From: Clostridiaceae bacterium
GTDB lineage: Bacteria > Bacillota > Clostridia > Saccharofermentanales > UBA5734
DNA length: 42,044 nt
Reading direction: 5' to 3'
Assembly (NCBI GenBank): GCA_012729935.1
Contig: JAAYBY010000192.1
Span: 1-42,044 of the forward strand
Made by a program: the position numbers and the translations under genes. Positions within the stretch are counted from its first letter, which is position 1, and every line of letters begins with the position of its first letter. Under the pieces are notes generated by a model. That model did not search any database and was not told the origin of the DNA. It worked only from the letters and a program-made list of their open reading frames with translations. Shown here in pieces: positions 1-8,272 of the stretch.

Positions 1-1031
1 AGGATATTCTTGACCAGATGGCAACCCCGATGATCAGTCACCGTGGCCGTGATGCGTCTGAACTGCAAAAGAGAATTTCTGACAAACTAAAAGCCATGAT
101 GAAAACAAAGAGCGAAATCGTTCTCTCAACCTCGTCCGGCAGCGGACTGATGGAAGGTGCGATCCGGTCATGCACGCGAAAGCGGGCTGTTGTCTTCTCA
201 ATTGGTGCGTTTGGCGACAGATGGCATCAGATTGCCCGGTCCAATAATGTACCCTCGGATTTGATTTCCTACGAGATGGGTCAGGCCGTTGATCCTGAAC
301 AGGTGCGGGAAACCCTGTCAACCGGACGCTACGATGTGGTCGCGATTACCCACAATGAGACATCGACAGGAATCACCAATCCGCTTGAGGAACTGTCAAC
401 TGTCATCAAGGATTTTCCTGATGTTATATGGCTGGTTGATGCTGTCAGTTCATTTGGCGGCTGCCCGATTGATGTTGACCGCCTGAAAATCGATGTGCTG
501 ATCACGTCATCGCAGAAATGCCTGGGTCTGCCGCCTGGCTTATCATTGTGTTCCGTTTCCGAACAGGCACTCCGGGCAGCAGAGCAGGTTCCGTTCAGGG
601 GATCCTATTTTGACCTTGTTGCCTTGTGCGAATATATCCGCAAGAAAAACTATCAGTACCCGTCAACGCCCTCACTGTCCCACATGTTTGCTCTGGATTA
701 CCAGCTGGACAGGATTTTCGACGAAGGTCTTGAAAGTCGTTATCAGCGTCATCTGGATCTGGCCGTTCGAACACGAAACTGGGCTCGAGAAGCATTCAGC
801 CTGTTTGGTGATGAACGTTATCTATCTCCGACAGTTACCTGCGTTCTTAACACACGAGAGATCAGTGTGGCAGAACTGAACAAGTATCTCGGTGATAACG
901 GCTATCAGATATCGAATGGGTATGGGGCGATCAAGGAAAAGACATTTAGAATTGCCCATATGGCTGACACGACGATGGACGAGCTCGATCAACTTTTACG
1001 CTACATAGATCGCTTTTTGGAGAAAATGTGA
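1..1031 (+). CDS. Class-V (PLP-dependent) aminotransferase, 5'-truncated by the window edge. Probably the serine-pathway aminotransferase partner of serA.
   Basis: The frame is open from the window edge (..DILDQMATPMISHRG..). It has class-V features: THNETSTG, and SSQKCLGLPPGLS containing the likely PLP lysine. It lies 51 nt upstream of serA on the same strand. Confidence 0.8.
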   Translation, partial: DILDQMATPMISHRGRDASELQKRISDKLKAMMKTKSEIVLSTSSGSGLMEGAIRSCTRKRAVVFSIGAFGDRWHQIARSNNVPSDLISYEMGQAVDPEQVRETLSTGRYDVVAITHNETSTGITNPLEELSTVIKDFPDVIWLVDAVSSFGGCPIDVDRLKIDVLITSSQKCLGLPPGLSLCSVSEQALRAAEQVPFRGSYFDLVALCEYIRKKNYQYPSTPSLSHMFALDYQLDRIFDEGLESRYQRHLDLAVRTRNWAREAFSLFGDERYLSPTVTCVLNTREISVAELNKYLGDNGYQISNGYGAIKEKTFRIAHMADTTMDELDQLLRYIDRFLEKM

Positions 1032-1082
1032 TTCCTGACGGGTCTGGCCTGGTGGAACCAGGTCATTGAAGGAGGTACACGA

Positions 1083-2696
1083 ATGAAAATTCTGATAACG
1101 GAAAAAATTGCCGCTGATTCGATTGACTATCTACGCCTTGAGGGATTTGAGGTTGACGAATGTCTAGGCCTCTCCCAGGAAGAAATAAATGGCATGATCA
1201 GTCAGTACGATGGATTGATTATCCGAAGCAGCACCCGTGTTGACCGGAAAATGCTTGATGAAGCTGTCAATCTCAAAGTTGTCGGACGCGCGGGGAACGG
1301 CATCGACAACATCGACGTCACAGCGTGTACAGAAAAGGGAATTATTGCAGTCAACACACCGGAGGCGAATATCATGGCTGCCGGTGAGCTCGCTGTGGGT
1401 CTTGCTTTTACGATTTATCGGAACATCTGTCTGGCCAACTCGGCAGTTCATCACGATGATTTCAGACGATCGCGTCTGATCGGCCGTGAACTCGAGGGGA
1501 AAACAGCCGGTGTGATTGGACTGGGACGAATCGGCTCGATTGTCGCGCGTAAGCTGAAAGGCATCGGCATGAACGTTGTCGCCTATGACCCGTATATTAC
1601 GGCGGAACGCTTTGACAAACTTGGCGTGAAGCGCTGCGATAGACTTGAAGAACTTCTGCATCAGTCCGACCTGATCACCCTGCATACACCCAAAACCAAG
1701 GAAACCTATAATATGCTGAAGACCGAACAGCTGGCTCAATGCAAGCAGGGCGTCTACATTGTCAATGCTGCGCGCGGTGGTCTGGTCAATGAACAGGATC
1801 TCTATGACGCGCTGGTCTCCGGACAGGTGGCTGGTGCCGCTGTTGATGTTCTAGATCAGGAACCCAACTACGATAAGAAGCCGGGCGAACAGCAGTACCA
1901 ACACCCGCTGCTGTCACTGCCAAACTGCATCATCACCCCCCATCTCGGGGCATCAACACATGAAGCCAACACCAATGTCGGCACCGCTGTAACTGAACTG
2001 GTTGCCCGGGCCCTCAAAGGTGAGCTTGTCTGTGCGGTCAACATGCCTGCCATCAGCGGTGACCTGGCTGAACTGCGTCCCTACATCGGTCTGTGTGAAA
2101 AACTGGGCGCGATCTACTTCCAAGCCGAAACAGCCCGCCTGAAAAAAATCGAGATCATTTATTCCGGTGAACTGGCAGGGATGGACACCAATCTGCTGAC
2201 TCTATCCGTATTGAAGGGCTTTTTGTCGACGATTACGAGCGAGCGGGTCAGCTACGTCAATGTCAAACAGAACCTGACGGCAATGGGTCTTGAGGTCGTG
2301 GAGAGTAAGACCACACAACTGGAAAAATACACCAACCTGATTACGGTCCGGTTTATTTCGAGTGACAAAACACTCTCTGTCTCCGGAACAGTTTTTGGTC
2401 AGGATTCGGAAGTTCTGGTCGATTTCTTCGGCTATCATATGGATTTCGAGCTATCACCTTATGTTCTTGCGATGCAGAACGAAGATGTTCCTGGTATCAT
2501 CGGTCGGGTGGGTACTATTCTGGGCCAGAAATCCATCAACATTGCAACCATGCACTGGAGCCGGAAAAAAGACAAAATGCGGGCACAGAGTTTTCTCAGC
2601 ATCGATTCTCCTGTTGATGAAGAGACGATAGAAGCGCTTCGAAAAATCGAGGGTGTTTTACGTGTGTCTGTTCTGAATTTCACGATGGTGTCCTGA
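1083..2696 (+). CDS. serA: D-3-phosphoglycerate dehydrogenase, long form with a C-terminal ASB/ACT regulatory region
   Basis: GGAGG RBS at 1071-1075. Rossmann motif GVIGLGRIGSIVARKL, 2-hydroxyacid dehydrogenase core (NAARGGLV, ITPHLGAST), and a 537-aa length with an ACT-like tail (DVPGIIGRVGTILG). Confidence 0.93.
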   Translation: MKILITEKIAADSIDYLRLEGFEVDECLGLSQEEINGMISQYDGLIIRSSTRVDRKMLDEAVNLKVVGRAGNGIDNIDVTACTEKGIIAVNTPEANIMAAGELAVGLAFTIYRNICLANSAVHHDDFRRSRLIGRELEGKTAGVIGLGRIGSIVARKLKGIGMNVVAYDPYITAERFDKLGVKRCDRLEELLHQSDLITLHTPKTKETYNMLKTEQLAQCKQGVYIVNAARGGLVNEQDLYDALVSGQVAGAAVDVLDQEPNYDKKPGEQQYQHPLLSLPNCIITPHLGASTHEANTNVGTAVTELVARALKGELVCAVNMPAISGDLAELRPYIGLCEKLGAIYFQAETARLKKIEIIYSGELAGMDTNLLTLSVLKGFLSTITSERVSYVNVKQNLTAMGLEVVESKTTQLEKYTNLITVRFISSDKTLSVSGTVFGQDSEVLVDFFGYHMDFELSPYVLAMQNEDVPGIIGRVGTILGQKSINIATMHWSRKKDKMRAQSFLSIDSPVDEETIEALRKIEGVLRVSVLNFTMVS

Positions 2697-2703
2697 TTAG
2701 CGG

Positions 2704-5292
2704 TCAATCACGATTAACGGCCAGAATGGTCAATGATCCGTCTGTAAAAACGACAGAGCCGCATTCGCGCAAAAGATCTTCGCGGATGTGGCTTTCTGAT
2801 TGTTCATCCGAATCGTTGAACCGGCTTCGCTCCAGATCACCGATGATGATATACGCGATGTCGTATTGGCTGATCAGCGCCTGACGTTTAAGCTGATCAT
2901 CAGTCGTGTAGAGCGTCCGAACATCATTTTGTCTTGGTAGAACGCGTTGGCTATAGGCTTCCGGCGTTTTTTGACTGGTCCGCCACAACCACTCATGTGT
3001 CTCCCAGCCAATCACGGTCGGCAAACCTGTCATCGCCGATATACGGCAATAATCCGTGTAACTTTCACCGAATGATTCAAGAATAACGGGCTGTCCCTCA
3101 ACATGCTCATTCAACCAGAGGATCGCCGCGATATCGGGAGCCAAATCCCCCGGCCCGCCGTTTGAAATCTGCGGTGAATCCTTAACGGCCAACGGCGTCA
3201 ATCCATTGAGCCCCTGATATCGCTCGAAAGTTAACGGCCCAAGCCACTGTCTGGCTGCAGGCACGGTATACCAGAATGGCTGTATCAGCATCACGATAAG
3301 CAGGATGGCAAGGTACCTGCCGGATTTTGACTCTTTCCGCGTGATCCGAAGCATCAATCGAGGAACAGCATACGCCCAGATTAATGACAAGAGCACAAAT
3401 GCCTGATAGGTAAACTTAAACATGGTGTTCGCTCGTTTGTAGTCACCACTGTAGATGTCAACGACGTAAACCAGCTCGGGGATCAGGATGAGGCCTGCTG
3501 ACCAGATAAACAAGCCAAAAACCAGTTTGTCCGCCGGATTCATCGCGTAGAAAAACCGGGATCCTTTTTTTTCAGATTCATAAACATCGGCTGGAGGCGG
3601 AAACACCCGGATCGTCTTTCTGCGATAGATCCAGAGTCCTGCGAAGACCAGACACATAGCTGCAGTCAGGTGGGGTCCCCAGAGAATCAGAAGCTGGTAA
3701 ACGGGTGTTGATGTCAGGGTTCGTGCGATTGATTTTGCGATTGGTTCGAAGGAAAGGTTGAACGGAAGTGACACCAAATGGGACACAGCAAACAGCAGAG
3801 CCAGCTGCGAACCTGTTATCGTCAGTGCGTCACCCCGAAGTAGGGTCAGATAATAGCTGATGAGCAGAACACCAGCATAACCGGCCAGAGCTGTGACAGG
3901 ACTGGAAAAACCCAGATAGACGATGAGCAGACCACCGCCCTGGACTGTCAGAATGAAGAAACTGGCTGGTCGAATGCGCAGGGAACAGGCTGACCGGTTG
4001 ACCATCAGCAGAACCAGTGCCGCGACTACCAGATAAATGGCGAAGTCCCAGTAGTTGCCCATCATGAAAACTGCCAGCAGAACACCACTGAGAAGCAGAA
4101 CAGGATCCGTTATGTTCTGCTTAAACCGGCTGGTCGTTTCATGAAACAATCGGCTGTGCCAGCTGTGGTCATCGAGTTCAACTGATGCTTGTTGCTCCTG
4201 CTGACAGACAGAAGCAGCTTCAATCAACGAAGATCGTCTGATCAGTGCTGTCATCAGGATAATGAAGATGAGAACGAAAGCCAGATTGATCAGATGCGCG
4301 TGCAGATCAGCAACCAGAAAGGAATAAAAAGGGAATTCGTGGATGGTTTTATCAGATGTATCAGGATTGTAGCCGATGAAACGGGTGGCATCGGCAAACC
4401 AGTATGTTTTTTCAGCTGAACTGCCAATCAGACCCCGTTCGATCAGCCAGCGTGTGACATATCGTCCAGGACTGCCGGCGTGAAAAAAGAAGGCGTGGCT
4501 GTTGGCCCCAATAGAAACAAGCAGGGCAGACAGCGTTCCGCCTGTAGCTGCAGCCAGCCGGTGCTGGAAGCTCGATGCCCGGCTGCGTGTCAGAAGAAGA
4601 ATCAGACTGCTGCCAACGGTGTAGGCGAGCGTTACGGTCAAGGCAAATGTCGTTGCCATTCCGAGGTTATAGGCGATCTCGGGCCGCAGGTTGGTCAGCT
4701 TGGCCAGATAGGTATAAATGTACTGGCCGAAGTAGTAATAGTTAACCGTCTCACCCGAGTACCACATGTCGAGTGCCGGAAGGAATGTCGTACGCCATAG
4801 ACTGTTCATTAAGCCGACATTCATAAATTTTTCAAGGCTGTCCAGCTCAGGTTTCAATCCGCGGGCAAAGGTTCCAAGCAGCAAACTGGAGGCGAACAAG
4901 CATTCTGATAAAGCAATTCCCGGGATCTGGGCAGGATTTTTCAGGAGCACCAGAAAATCTGTTCGAAACCGGGGTGTCAGCCAGACCAGAACACCGGCAG
5001 CCAGGATCGCAAGTCCTGCTGCCCAGCGGACAAACGGCAGAATTTTCAAGAAGGACAAGGTCCAGACAACCAGGGCCGGCAGCAGCAGACCAAATCCTTT
5101 GGCCAGCAGGAATCCCTGACCGCCCGCCGCTGTGATTCTTGATGCCAGAGGCCAGAGAAGCAATCCGGGAAGTGTCAGGGCAAGCCACCAGATGAAAAAG
5201 GCTGATCTGTCTGTAGCCGGCAAACGGAGGGCGAACAGAATAACCGGTAATAGAGAGAGCCATGATGCGTGACGGACCCACATATGTTTCAT
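2704..5292 (-). CDS. DUF2298 / chlor_Arch_YYY-family large polytopic membrane protein, function unknown
   Basis: 862 aa with many hydrophobic segments. Family-typical motifs as I recall them: EKFMNVGLMNS, GETVNYYYFGQYIY, TIHEFPFYSFLVADLHAHL, YKRANTMFKFTYQAF, and a C-terminal soluble part PVILESFGESYTDYCRISAMTGLPTVIGWETHEWLW. The ATG overlaps the stop codon of the upstream gene (ATGA). Confidence 0.8.
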   Translation of the reverse strand: MKHMWVRHASWLSLLPVILFALRLPATDRSAFFIWWLALTLPGLLLWPLASRITAAGGQGFLLAKGFGLLLPALVVWTLSFLKILPFVRWAAGLAILAAGVLVWLTPRFRTDFLVLLKNPAQIPGIALSECLFASSLLLGTFARGLKPELDSLEKFMNVGLMNSLWRTTFLPALDMWYSGETVNYYYFGQYIYTYLAKLTNLRPEIAYNLGMATTFALTVTLAYTVGSSLILLLTRSRASSFQHRLAAATGGTLSALLVSIGANSHAFFFHAGSPGRYVTRWLIERGLIGSSAEKTYWFADATRFIGYNPDTSDKTIHEFPFYSFLVADLHAHLINLAFVLIFIILMTALIRRSSLIEAASVCQQEQQASVELDDHSWHSRLFHETTSRFKQNITDPVLLLSGVLLAVFMMGNYWDFAIYLVVAALVLLMVNRSACSLRIRPASFFILTVQGGGLLIVYLGFSSPVTALAGYAGVLLISYYLTLLRGDALTITGSQLALLFAVSHLVSLPFNLSFEPIAKSIARTLTSTPVYQLLILWGPHLTAAMCLVFAGLWIYRRKTIRVFPPPADVYESEKKGSRFFYAMNPADKLVFGLFIWSAGLILIPELVYVVDIYSGDYKRANTMFKFTYQAFVLLSLIWAYAVPRLMLRITRKESKSGRYLAILLIVMLIQPFWYTVPAARQWLGPLTFERYQGLNGLTPLAVKDSPQISNGGPGDLAPDIAAILWLNEHVEGQPVILESFGESYTDYCRISAMTGLPTVIGWETHEWLWRTSQKTPEAYSQRVLPRQNDVRTLYTTDDQLKRQALISQYDIAYIIIGDLERSRFNDSDEQSESHIREDLLRECGSVVFTDGSLTILAVNRD

Positions 5293-6710
5293 AAATCGTT
5301 TGTGTTTGCGAGATTCTGATATAGCCAGAGCATGATATCAGACTGTTCCAAAGGGTTTTCCGGTCTTGACTGCGATTCCCGGTAAACCGACCTGGCTGCC
5401 TGTAAGCCGAGTCTGACCGCGTAATTCATTCCGCGATCCTCCGGGTAGATTTGGGCTGTACCGGCCAGTTTGATGCCGGGCAAGGGTGTATCCAGGGCAG
5501 GCATTCGATCCGCATACTGCCGGTGGATCACCGGTTGTGCGTAGCGTGTGCGCCGTAATCGCCAGTCAATGACATCGCGTGGACTGAAGTGTGGATAGAT
5601 TGTCTCGAGCCCGGCCATAAACTGCTGGTAGATGACGTTATCCGGCTGAGTCCAGAGGGGATCGGCAGCATCAAGATAACGCGACAGATAAACAATGTGT
5701 CCACCATAGTTGTCCGGATCGATCAGATTTGTGTGTTCGACCACCACGACAAAGGGGAGCTGCTCACAGACTGTGGTCCAGTAATAGGGTGACAGTTTTT
5801 GTTTGAGTCTGAGAATCAAGCAGAGATCACCTTTATAGGATACGTTTTGGATTTGATTTCTGTATGGTTCAGGCATATCCAGACTGGTTGTTATTCCGGC
5901 GAACTGTCTGCCGGCGACTGTTGCAATGATACTGTCGGCTTTGACATGAACCGTGGTACAGTTTTCCAGGATGCACGAGATCTGATACCGGACTGATACA
6001 TCCTCTGAGCGGCTGATATTCATGACGGTATGCCCTGTTAGAAGCGTTCCGCCCATCCGGATCAGTTCATGAACCAGCTTATCGATCAACAGTCCAAAAC
6101 TGCCTTCCAGGTAACCAAGTTTTTCCGATCCGGCTTTTTGATTGCGTGAACTGCCGCGAAGTTTGAATTTGTTCCAGATCCAGACTGCGGAAACGTCCTC
6201 GGCGTCCTTGTCAAATTTTGACCGCAGAAGCGGATCCCAGATACAGGTATAAGCCTTCTCGCCCCCATGGCGAATCAGCCAGTTCGAAGCGGTTTGGCGT
6301 TCAAGCTCTGACCAGTTATCCAGTCTGCCGGCTTTCAGAACGGCCAATCCGGTTCGAATACGCTGTCCCAGGGGAATCAACGGAAACTTCAGCAGATCAA
6401 GCGGTGTCGTAAACGGGTGAATTTGCTGCTGTGCAAATAACGCGTCTCTTGTTTTAAACCACTTTAACTGATCGCTCAGACCGGCTTTTTCAATCAGGCG
6501 AATGATCAGGTTATCACTGGTAAAAATGTGATGGTAAATATATTCAAGCCTGCTTTTCCCCCAGTTAAATGACGTAACCATGCCACCTGAATGAAGTGTT
6601 GACTCCAGTACCGTCACTTGATAACCAGCAGATGCCAGAGCGCAGGCGGAGACAAGACCGGTCAGTCCGGCACCGATGATACAAATGTGGTGTTTTGAGT
6701 CATCAGACAT
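5289..6710 (-). CDS. FAD/NAD(P)-binding oxidoreductase (amine-oxidase / phytoene-desaturase / protoporphyrinogen-oxidase-like superfamily)
   Basis: N-terminal dinucleotide-binding fingerprint ICIIGAGLTGLVSACALASAGYQVTVLESTLHSGGM. 473 aa. GAGGG RBS 8 nt upstream of the ATG. The stop overlaps the start of the DUF2298 gene. Confidence 0.8.
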   Translation of the reverse strand: MSDDSKHHICIIGAGLTGLVSACALASAGYQVTVLESTLHSGGMVTSFNWGKSRLEYIYHHIFTSDNLIIRLIEKAGLSDQLKWFKTRDALFAQQQIHPFTTPLDLLKFPLIPLGQRIRTGLAVLKAGRLDNWSELERQTASNWLIRHGGEKAYTCIWDPLLRSKFDKDAEDVSAVWIWNKFKLRGSSRNQKAGSEKLGYLEGSFGLLIDKLVHELIRMGGTLLTGHTVMNISRSEDVSVRYQISCILENCTTVHVKADSIIATVAGRQFAGITTSLDMPEPYRNQIQNVSYKGDLCLILRLKQKLSPYYWTTVCEQLPFVVVVEHTNLIDPDNYGGHIVYLSRYLDAADPLWTQPDNVIYQQFMAGLETIYPHFSPRDVIDWRLRRTRYAQPVIHRQYADRMPALDTPLPGIKLAGTAQIYPEDRGMNYAVRLGLQAARSVYRESQSRPENPLEQSDIMLWLYQNLANTNDL

Positions 6711-6731
6711 GTAGTGAACCCTCAGATTTCA

Positions 6732-8054
6732 TTAAACGGATATAAGCCGGCATTCCATGTAGTAACGCTTTTCATTCGCTTCGCCAAGAGAAAACGTTTT
6801 TCGCGGCAGAAGACTGTTTTTCGCAATATAGGGAAAAAGATCGTGCTTTTTCAGAGCAGGCAGGACCAAACCGATCGACCCTTTCGCTGCCAGTTGCTGC
6901 AGGGCGTCATCACCGTGTATGTAATCAATTTTCACGGATTGTCGAACGGACAGATCATCTAAAAATGACTGGATTTGCGCAACCGGCAAATCCGGGAGCG
7001 TTTCTACCGCGAAAACCCACGTGCCTTCTTTGGCAAGGAGCGTGGTCAGAACGTGATTCAATGATTTTTCATGTGAATGATTTTCAGGGTGCCACGATGC
7101 CTTTGCAGATCGAAAGAAGCGGCTCATAGCGTCCATGAAATCATTCAGGCTAATCCCCGAAACCAGACGATGGATGGGTTCAAAGGCCAGACCCGGATCA
7201 TATAGATTAACCAGCTCGGCCATGGCAAAACGAGCCGGGTGATGATCAGATACGTGATGTTTTAAACGATCCCAATGGGCTTTGGCTGTGGCCAGAGAAT
7301 GATTTCCGTCACCAACGGCCATCATCAATCCATATTGTTTCAGACTATCCAGCTGCTGCAGCGCATCAATGGACTTGACCAGATGGGGATTCTGCCCGGA
7401 GAAAAACCACCCTTTGACTGAACCGCCGTTCTGCATCAGGCCGGTTTGATAAACGGGTTCGACTGCCAAATTCAAAGCTGCCTGATAGAGCGGTTCAATA
7501 ACAGATTTTGCACGGTCGTCGATCAGCAGCTGGACATGTGACAATTCCAGAGGTGCTTTTTCACGAATCGCCATGCGCGGCGGTATCCGTGATTCAACCG
7601 TTTCCTCGGTTGCACGGATGAGCGACTGGTTTCCTGGCGCATAATCATAGTGTTCCAGGTCGACCGTCAGTACAAGGCCAAGGCGCTGTTGATGCTGAGG
7701 AGTCTGACGTTCAATCAGGATGCAGCCTGTACCGGGCGCGCGAAGAACAGACTGTTTCAGATAGCGGTGCATAGCCAGGTGAGTCGCCTGAATACGCTGC
7801 TGCAGCGGTACATTTGATGGCCGCTCCAAATATACTTCAGGCAGGATCATATGTAACGTCGAAGCTCGTTCGCCAACTATTTCAGCTGTTTGATCCCAGT
7901 ATTCCGGCTCAGATGTATGTTGATCACAGGCAATGACAGACCAGTGATACAGGTCGATTTCCGGATTCGGGATCAATAGGTCGGACACATGAACAGCACA
8001 ATCATTTGGTGTAAGGCAAGGTGATTGTTGACGCTCTGAAAGCGATGCGGTCAT
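6732..8054 (-). CDS. Hypothetical protein, possibly a divergent DUF1015-family member
   Basis: The ATG at 8054 has a GAGGAA RBS with a 7-nt spacer, so I prefer it over the TTG at 8075 in the ORF track. The GDGNHSLATAKAHW segment resembles the ADGHHR core I recall for DUF1015, and the size (~440 aa) fits. The assignment is tentative. Confidence 0.45.
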   Translation of the reverse strand: MTASLSERQQSPCLTPNDCAVHVSDLLIPNPEIDLYHWSVIACDQHTSEPEYWDQTAEIVGERASTLHMILPEVYLERPSNVPLQQRIQATHLAMHRYLKQSVLRAPGTGCILIERQTPQHQQRLGLVLTVDLEHYDYAPGNQSLIRATEETVESRIPPRMAIREKAPLELSHVQLLIDDRAKSVIEPLYQAALNLAVEPVYQTGLMQNGGSVKGWFFSGQNPHLVKSIDALQQLDSLKQYGLMMAVGDGNHSLATAKAHWDRLKHHVSDHHPARFAMAELVNLYDPGLAFEPIHRLVSGISLNDFMDAMSRFFRSAKASWHPENHSHEKSLNHVLTTLLAKEGTWVFAVETLPDLPVAQIQSFLDDLSVRQSVKIDYIHGDDALQQLAAKGSIGLVLPALKKHDLFPYIAKNSLLPRKTFSLGEANEKRYYMECRLISV

Positions 8055-8113
8055 AGATAAATTCCTCACAATCAAGCGATCTAAACGGTTTTACAGGCAG
8101 CCTGCGTTTTTAT

Positions 8114-8122
8114 ATTCTATCA
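8114..8122 (-). promoter_or_regulatory. Extended -10 promoter element (TGaTAGAAT) for the DUF1015-like / oxidoreductase / DUF2298 operon
   Basis: The reverse complement of 8114-8122 reads TGATAGAAT, about 60 nt upstream of the ATG at 8054. I found no good -35 element. Confidence 0.45.
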
Positions 8123-8206
8123 CAGATTAACGCTGCCCGCATGACCAACGCCGTGTAATTCTGAAAGCCCGGTTAAGCGGTTTAAACGGCGGATCGCGGA
8201 TTCTGC

Positions 8207-8235
8207 TTGTTCCTCACGGGCTTTTCGTGTAGAAT
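8207..8235 (+). promoter_or_regulatory. Sigma-70/SigA-type promoter of alaS (TTGTTC-N17-TAGAAT)
   Basis: TTGTTC at 8207-8212, a 17-nt spacer, and TAGAAT at 8230-8235. This implies a leader of only about 30 nt before the ATG at 8273. Confidence 0.5.
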
Positions 8236-8272
8236 TCGGGCAGAGAGATCGTTTAAAGGAGTAGACTGCTGC

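Noticed and set aside
1164-1739. A 191-aa antisense ORF inside serA. Similar long antisense or alternate-frame ORFs occur at 12008-12421, 13945-14376, 16821-17363, 4480-5281 and 22545-23229.
   Set aside because: Each lies wholly within a gene that has a strong motif-supported assignment. None has an RBS, and their translations are compositionally odd (rich in Arg, Ser, Pro and Cys, or low complexity). They are typical shadow ORFs in ~50% GC DNA.
8207-8272. N-terminal extensions in the ORF track. These are alaS 8207, DUF1015-like 8075, rpsU 11453, recJ 11750, rpsT 20540, tyrS 22266, pta 28113, proS 30469 and DUF512 36419.
   Set aside because: In each case a downstream start gives the canonical family N-terminus and has a properly spaced RBS. 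The extension overlaps a predicted promoter, hairpin or terminator.
8076-8272. A T-box riboswitch upstream of alaS.
   Set aside because: No T-box consensus (GGTGG.ACCGCG-like) or specifier/antiterminator architecture was recognisable by eye. The best promoter leaves only about 30 nt of leader. An Rfam scan is still needed for certainty.
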